DNA of 31,525 nt from a virus (lineage: Duplodnaviria; Caudoviricetes), in IMG/VR virus record IMGVR_UViG_3300030433_000076, positions 1 to 31,525 of that record; one strand, 5' to 3'. Numbering within the stretch: the stretch's first letter is position 1; each line of letters begins with the position of its first letter. A program made the translations under genes and the position numbers. Shown here piece by piece: positions 27,034 through 31,525 of this stretch. The notes under the pieces are model-generated. The model was given only the letters and a program-made list of their open reading frames with translations. It ran no database searches and had not been told where the DNA came from.

Positions 27034-27680
27034 AAAGATATTTATTATTACTGCTGTTGTTTAATAATCCTGTTTTAGCTAATTCTGTTAATACTACTAG
27101 TAATTCCAGTGGTTCAGTAGTGAACCAGGCAGTGCAGGTTGTACCATCAAGGCAGTTTCAGTATCAGATGAATACTATTACGTGTCAGGGTGCTACTTTA
27201 AATATTTCTCCATTTGTCTCTACAACTTATGGATTTGCCACCCCATATGAGTCGCATTACAATAGACCAATATACTCAAGGCGTGATATTGAAGGTGATT
27301 TTGATGATGATAATAATGCAATAGGTGATGGTGATGTAGATGTTGGTTATAGAGGTGAAATATTGTACTTTGAAAAAGTTAGAACTGGACAAAAACAATC
27401 TAATGTTTCTGTTAATGGTGGTATTACTGCTACTTTTTCAATACCACTAGATAGAACAGCTATAAAAGAATGTAGAAAGGCTATGAAAAAACAAAATGAA
27501 TTATATGAAGCATCATTAGCTGCAAAACGTCTGAATTTTGAAATGAGTAGAGCAAAGACTTGTATAGACAATCTAAAACAAGGTATAAGATTTAAAGAAG
27601 GTACTGAAATGGCAAGAATATGTGCTGATGTAGAACTTATAACACCGCCTAATGTAGAACATACACATAAAATTAAGTAG
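27030..27680 (+). CDS. Secreted protein with beta-hairpin and helical coiled coil, 4 Cys
   Basis: Signal peptide MKRYLLLLLLFNNPVLA; TLNISPFV and NGGITATFSIPLD strands; acidic loop; long C-terminal helix. Confidence 0.8.
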   Translation: MKRYLLLLLLFNNPVLANSVNTTSNSSGSVVNQAVQVVPSRQFQYQMNTITCQGATLNISPFVSTTYGFATPYESHYNRPIYSRRDIEGDFDDDNNAIGDGDVDVGYRGEILYFEKVRTGQKQSNVSVNGGITATFSIPLDRTAIKECRKAMKKQNELYEASLAAKRLNFEMSRAKTCIDNLKQGIRFKEGTEMARICADVELITPPNVEHTHKIK

Positions 27681-28296
27681 CATTTTTAAAATATAAACTT
27701 CTTGCCTGTTCATAATCAAACATACATTCAGCAGGGTTATATTCTTGGGTTTTTATTCCATCTGGTGTTATATAAATAACCCTACAGGTAAACAAAGTAA
27801 CAGAAGGATAATTTTGATTCAACAGTGATACATAACCGCCTATCTGTAACCTATGGTTTTTCTTTCTGTATTTAACTTGTGTTTTAAAATCTGCTAGGCA
27901 TAAAACACCTGTATCTTTATGTTGTAATACTGCATCTAAACTACCTGCTATATCTCTTTTTCTATCTACCATACGTAATTCATTAGCAACACATTCCCAT
28001 GTATCCCACATACGATAATTTATTAAATGTTCTACCCATTGTCTATATTCCTTTGCATACGCTAATGCTAGTGTCTTATCTCTTGTTTCACACCATATTT
28101 GTGCAGCTTCATGTATTGCTGTACCACGTATTGCAGCCTGTTCCATATTTTTACTAACAAAATCACTTGTTTTTACTATTTCACTAACAGATCTTGCTAC
28201 GTAGCATTTCCGTTTTAGATCGTAATACTTATGTGGTTCTGGATAAAACTCTACAAATGGATCTTGTACAAGAATATCTTTAATTTTGCTTTTCAT
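27673..28296 (-). CDS. PD-(D/E)XK exonuclease
   Basis: RGTAIH, AGSLDAV, LADFKT, QIGGY motifs; ATG at 28296 preferred. Confidence 0.85.
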   Translation of the reverse strand: MKSKIKDILVQDPFVEFYPEPHKYYDLKRKCYVARSVSEIVKTSDFVSKNMEQAAIRGTAIHEAAQIWCETRDKTLALAYAKEYRQWVEHLINYRMWDTWECVANELRMVDRKRDIAGSLDAVLQHKDTGVLCLADFKTQVKYRKKNHRLQIGGYVSLLNQNYPSVTLFTCRVIYITPDGIKTQEYNPAECMFDYEQARSLYFKNAT

Positions 28297-28552
28297 ATTC
28301 CACAGGATCAAAAGTTATTTTACCTGTAAGACTATTTCTATATTTTGGCAATTTATGTACAGGAAGTGACGGAGTTGCACCACATTTTGTACGTAGTAGT
28401 CTTTTCCATTTTCCTGTTTTATTTTCCCTGTCATAACCCATTGCAATAAACCAACCAGAAGGAGGTGTATCTAAATCTTCTACTGTAATAAGACCTTTTT
28501 TTACCATCATGCGTAGTGTTTTTTTTGCACCACCATTAAATAAACTATCCAT
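28280..28552 (-). CDS. Hypothetical protein coupled to the replication gene
   Basis: TLRMMVKKGLITVEDLDTPPSGW; TAATG coupling. Confidence 0.7.
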   Translation of the reverse strand: MDSLFNGGAKKTLRMMVKKGLITVEDLDTPPSGWFIAMGYDRENKTGKWKRLLRTKCGATPSLPVHKLPKYRNSLTGKITFDPVEYEKQN

Positions 28553-29109
28553 TAAATTAAGTTCCCCATATCATCAAACTGTACAACCTTTTGATTAGGA
28601 TGCACTACTTCTTCTTCTACATATAGATTATTTATTTTTCTTATAGACTCATAATTTTTTATAGTGCAGCCCTTCCATGTACCTGCAAGTATCCCTGCTT
28701 CTAACTGATCTCTTAATACCTTTTCACCATACTTTTCTATAAACTTTCTATATTCTGTTATCTGTTGTTTCCATGCCTGTATTGACTTACTACCTTTCTT
28801 TACCTTCCAGAAATCATCTATAGGAGTTTGTAAGTGTAATAAATCATCTGGTATTATCTTTTCTTGTTTTTCTTTTTTATTAATTTTTTCTTTTTGTTCT
28901 TTTCTTTCTAATTCTTTATTTTCTAATTCTTTATTGTTTATATGTATATAGTCTATATTATTTGTCAAATTTACCTTTTTGTTAACCCTATTGTTATAGG
29001 CATCTTCTAAAAGCATATGTATAAACCCATTAGTTGTAACGTATTTTGGTTTTATAGCTACAATCTTATCTATTAAAGATTGGTCAATTGTTGGTCTTGT
29101 TGTGGACAT
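28552..29109 (-). CDS. Putative replication initiator (RHH-like N-terminus, K/E-rich linker, helical C-domain)
   Basis: Linker NNKELENKELERKEQKEK encoded by a tandem repeat; C-domain IDDFWKVKKG...WKG like phage replication organisers. Confidence 0.55.
   Translation of the reverse strand: MSTTRPTIDQSLIDKIVAIKPKYVTTNGFIHMLLEDAYNNRVNKKVNLTNNIDYIHINNKELENKELERKEQKEKINKKEKQEKIIPDDLLHLQTPIDDFWKVKKGSKSIQAWKQQITEYRKFIEKYGEKVLRDQLEAGILAGTWKGCTIKNYESIRKINNLYVEEEVVHPNQKVVQFDDMGNLI
28906..28935. repeat. Tandem 15-bp repeat in AT-rich tract (candidate origin iterons)
   Basis: TTCTAATTCTTTATT twice, next to a T-rich run at 28855-28905. Confidence 0.6.
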
Positions 29110-29112
29110 TTA

Positions 29113-29180
29113 GTGTTCAGTAATTGGTCAAGGTTTGTACAGTAATTGAACACAGGCAGAACAGTAATACAACAGCACAC
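29113..29180. repeat. Helically phased repeats upstream of the replication gene
   Basis: CAGTAAT at 29118, 29140 and 29162 (22-bp period); inverted GTGTTCA/TGAACAC at 29113/29147. Confidence 0.65.
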
Positions 29181-29252
29181 TACATAGATTGTATTAAAAC
29201 TTTACATACACTATATATATGTTATCGTTAGCTCATAAGTCTACTAAATGCA

Positions 29253-29414
29253 ATGTCTTGTACATTAGCTGATAAGAATAGACGTAAAAAAATGCTAAGA
29301 ACAGAGTTAGCAGGGATAAATGACCCTTATGAATTATTAGCAGAAGTAATAGCAGATAATGAACGATTAAGACAATTTATAAACAACCATGATTGCCTTA
29401 AGGGTAAACCATAG
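29253..29414 (+). CDS. Hypothetical protein (53 aa, absent from ORF track)
   Basis: MSCTLADKNRRKKMLRTELAGINDPYELLAEVIADNERLRQF... Confidence 0.55.
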   Translation: MSCTLADKNRRKKMLRTELAGINDPYELLAEVIADNERLRQFINNHDCLKGKP

Positions 29415-29441
29415 CTATACTAAGGCAAATATATTTATTTA

Positions 29442-29573
29442 ATGAAAAAAACATTTATATGGAAATATCAAAAGATAGATCCAAATATAACTTGGGAAGA
29501 TTATAAAAGAATATATATGGCTAGAACTTGGACTTCACAATTTACAGAAATATCAGGAAATATTAAATTATGA
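29442..29573 (+). CDS. Hypothetical protein (43 aa, absent from ORF track)
   Basis: MKKTFIWKYQKIDPNITWEDY...; ATGA overlap with ERF. Confidence 0.5.
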   Translation: MKKTFIWKYQKIDPNITWEDYKRIYMARTWTSQFTEISGNIKL

Positions 29574-30205
29574 CTAAAGAAATAACAGCAGCCTTATGTA
29601 AGTTTATAAAGCAAGTAGGCACAATAGAAGAAAAAGATACAGCACAATATGGTAAGTTTGCTGATTTATCTACAGTTCTATCTACTGTAAACCCTGCATT
29701 AGCGTCTAATGGTTTAGCAGTTGTACATACAACAAAAGTTGTAGAAGGAAAGAATGTATTAATAACTAACCTACTGCATACATCTGGTGAATCAATAACA
29801 TCAGAAATGTTGTTACCTAATAATACTGGTGGTGGTGGCAATCCCATGCATAAAGAAGGCGGTGCTATAACTTACTGTCGTAGATATTCTTTATTAGCAA
29901 TATTAGGATTAAATGCAGGTATTCCTGATAATGATGGTGATTTTGCTGAACCTACAGCAGATAAAGTAACACTTATAAACAAAAACAAGGCAGTTGGTAT
30001 GCCTACAATATTAGATGATGAAACTAAACAATACTATTTACAGATAGTAGGTAAGTTACTTGTCAAAGATAAAAAACTATACAACACACTAGCAGATGCC
30101 TTATACATAGAGTTTGACTTTAGCCGTAACACTCCTTTATCTGACAACATAACAAAACCTAAACACGTTACTTTTATAGAAGAATGGTTATCTGTTAACA
30201 CATGA
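29570..30205 (+). CDS. erf: ERF-family single-strand annealing protein
   Basis: KFADLSTV, LLHTSGESI, GGAITYCRRYSLLAILGL..DNDG signature. Confidence 0.9.
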   Translation: MTKEITAALCKFIKQVGTIEEKDTAQYGKFADLSTVLSTVNPALASNGLAVVHTTKVVEGKNVLITNLLHTSGESITSEMLLPNNTGGGGNPMHKEGGAITYCRRYSLLAILGLNAGIPDNDGDFAEPTADKVTLINKNKAVGMPTILDDETKQYYLQIVGKLLVKDKKLYNTLADALYIEFDFSRNTPLSDNITKPKHVTFIEEWLSVNT

Positions 30206-30396
30206 TTGATGAACCTCTTGAAACTAGACCTATTGATGTTGCTGCTTCCAACTGGAAAAACCGCTTTCTTGTATCTTCTAAACTTACGCACGTTAACCAT
30301 AAAAAATTTAGAGATTGGTGCAAAGCTAACAACTATTCTTACTCATCAGGTATTAACTACCTGATCTCAAACTATCTTCCAGATAACAATGTTTAA
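30202..30396 (+). CDS. Ribbon-helix-helix DNA-binding protein (putative)
   Basis: Strand FLVSSKL, helix HKKFRDWCKANN, helix YSSGINYLISNYL. Confidence 0.55.
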   Translation: MIDEPLETRPIDVAASNWKNRFLVSSKLTHVNHKKFRDWCKANNYSYSSGINYLISNYLPDNNV

Positions 30397-30730
30397 TGTA
30401 TCAATCGCAGGGCGTTTAACAAAAGACGCTGAATATAAAAAAGCAGGTGCTTATGATCTAGCATCTTTCACCATTGCTGTATCACATGGTAGAGACAGAA
30501 CATCTTTTATAGATTGTCAGGTATGGGGCAAAAGATGGGAGCTAATTGTAGATGCCTACAAAAAAGGTAGCCTTGTAGCAGTATCAGGTGATGCTGAATA
30601 TACAACCTATGAAACAGAAGATGGACAGAAAAGAAAACAACTTAGGGTAAATGTAAATAACTTTGTATTACCTGAGAAGCGTGAGCAATCAGAAGAAGCT
30701 AAACTGGAAACAGCTACAATTCCTTTCTGA
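30389..30730 (+). CDS. ssb: Single-stranded DNA-binding protein
   Basis: IAGRLTKDAE, TSFIDCQVWGK, KGSLVAVSG, C-terminal IPF. Confidence 0.95.
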   Translation: MFNVSIAGRLTKDAEYKKAGAYDLASFTIAVSHGRDRTSFIDCQVWGKRWELIVDAYKKGSLVAVSGDAEYTTYETEDGQKRKQLRVNVNNFVLPEKREQSEEAKLETATIPF

Positions 30731-31470
30731 TGGGTATAAGGTTAGACATTAAATCAGAATTACCAACTGCTATTAAGTGGACTAACCAACATACAAAACA
30801 GTTACCATTTTCTATAGCACAGGCCATAAACGCTTCAGTATTAGGTAGTAAATTTGTTGCAGGTAGTAAACAAAAGTCAGCATTAAATAGATTAGCAGGG
30901 TCATCTAGACGTTATTTAGATAGACCCAAACCACAAACACAAAAAGGATTTAGAGCTACCATTGCAAAAAAATCTACATTAACGTCTGTTATAACTACTG
31001 CTGATGAAAGACCCTATAACATGGGTAGATACTTAGATCAAAATATATTCGGTGGTAACAGAAAACAAAAATATGATGCTCTGTTAGTTAGGCACACAAC
31101 AGCTACAAACATACCAGGCAATAGTGTATTAGTACCAACTAAGAACGCATTTCTTAAACAGGATAAGTATGGCAACGTCAGTAAGGCAACAATTACAAAA
31201 GTTATTACAGCTATAGGAACTGGAACTGCTAAAGGTAACAACATTTTTATTGGTAAACCATCAGGAGGTAACAGACCAGCAGGTGTATACATGAGGCACA
31301 ACAATAACAAAAGACTCAGTGCATTATTTATAGCTCAACCTAATGCAAGTTACCCTGCTATATTCCCTGCTAAGAAAGAAGCAGAAGATGCTATAACAAA
31401 AACTTTTGGTATGTACCTACGTAGACAGTTACAAGTTAATGTTGCTAATAATTTAAAGCGTAAGGCATAG
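30730..31470 (+). CDS. Tail completion / neck protein (gpZ-like), basic
   Basis: KQLPFSIAQAIN...LDRPKPQTQKGF...AGVYMR pattern of gpZ-like proteins. Confidence 0.55.
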   Translation: MGIRLDIKSELPTAIKWTNQHTKQLPFSIAQAINASVLGSKFVAGSKQKSALNRLAGSSRRYLDRPKPQTQKGFRATIAKKSTLTSVITTADERPYNMGRYLDQNIFGGNRKQKYDALLVRHTTATNIPGNSVLVPTKNAFLKQDKYGNVSKATITKVITAIGTGTAKGNNIFIGKPSGGNRPAGVYMRHNNNKRLSALFIAQPNASYPAIFPAKKEAEDAITKTFGMYLRRQLQVNVANNLKRKA

Positions 31471-31512
31471 ACTAAGCATTACTACTAGGTTCTTTTTAGC
31501 TATATTATCGTG

Positions 31513-31525
31513 GGTCATCCAACGG
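31513..31525. repeat. Right copy of 13-bp terminal direct repeat
   Basis: Identical to 1-13. Confidence 0.9.

Noticed and set aside
29113-29180. Mini CRISPR array
   Set aside because: Repeat core is only 7 bp with a 22-bp period, and there are no cas genes
20002-31310. Alternative-frame or antisense ORFs 20002-20199, 21538-21744, 21778-22170, 25541-25741, 25859-26083, 27347-27571, 29563-29847, 30034-30300, 31038-31310
   Set aside because: Overlap better-supported coupled genes and have low-complexity shadow composition
21185-31470. Cyanophage auxiliary metabolic genes (psbA, hli, talC) or tRNAs
   Set aside because: No matching motifs or cloverleaf seen; the small TM proteins lack the Hli ExxNGRxAM motif

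Overview
This looks like a complete ~31.5 kb, AT-rich (roughly one-third GC by eye) lambda-like siphovirus genome. It begins and ends with the same 13-mer (GGTCATCCAACGG), just upstream of the small terminase. Positions 96-21184 hold the virion module: terS/terL, gpW-like protein, lambda-type portal, a single ORF fusing two accessory domains with an HK97-type protease and the major capsid protein, head-tail joining and tail terminator proteins, tail tube, chaperones with a -1 frameshift, tape measure, M/L/K/I/J-like tip proteins, and an array of short fibre-like genes with partner genes. Positions 21185-31470 hold small early genes behind palindrome-containing sigma70 promoters, a resolvase-like nuclease, a structured RNA candidate, a block of membrane and secreted proteins, an exonuclease, a replication-initiator-like protein, ERF, an RHH protein, SSB and a gpZ-like gene. 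I see no integrase, CI-like repressor, DNA polymerase, tRNA, auxiliary metabolic gene or recognisable endolysin. The small-gene repertoire resembles marine Prochlorococcus/Synechococcus phages (recollection and inference, not a search result). The strongest leads are an unexplained envelope-targeted module (about nine membrane or secreted proteins, one with a half-TolC-like pattern) in a genome without a canonical endolysin, a ~118-nt multi-stem RNA, a lambda-style cosQ/cosN/cosB layout and a gpL lacking its Fe-S cysteines.
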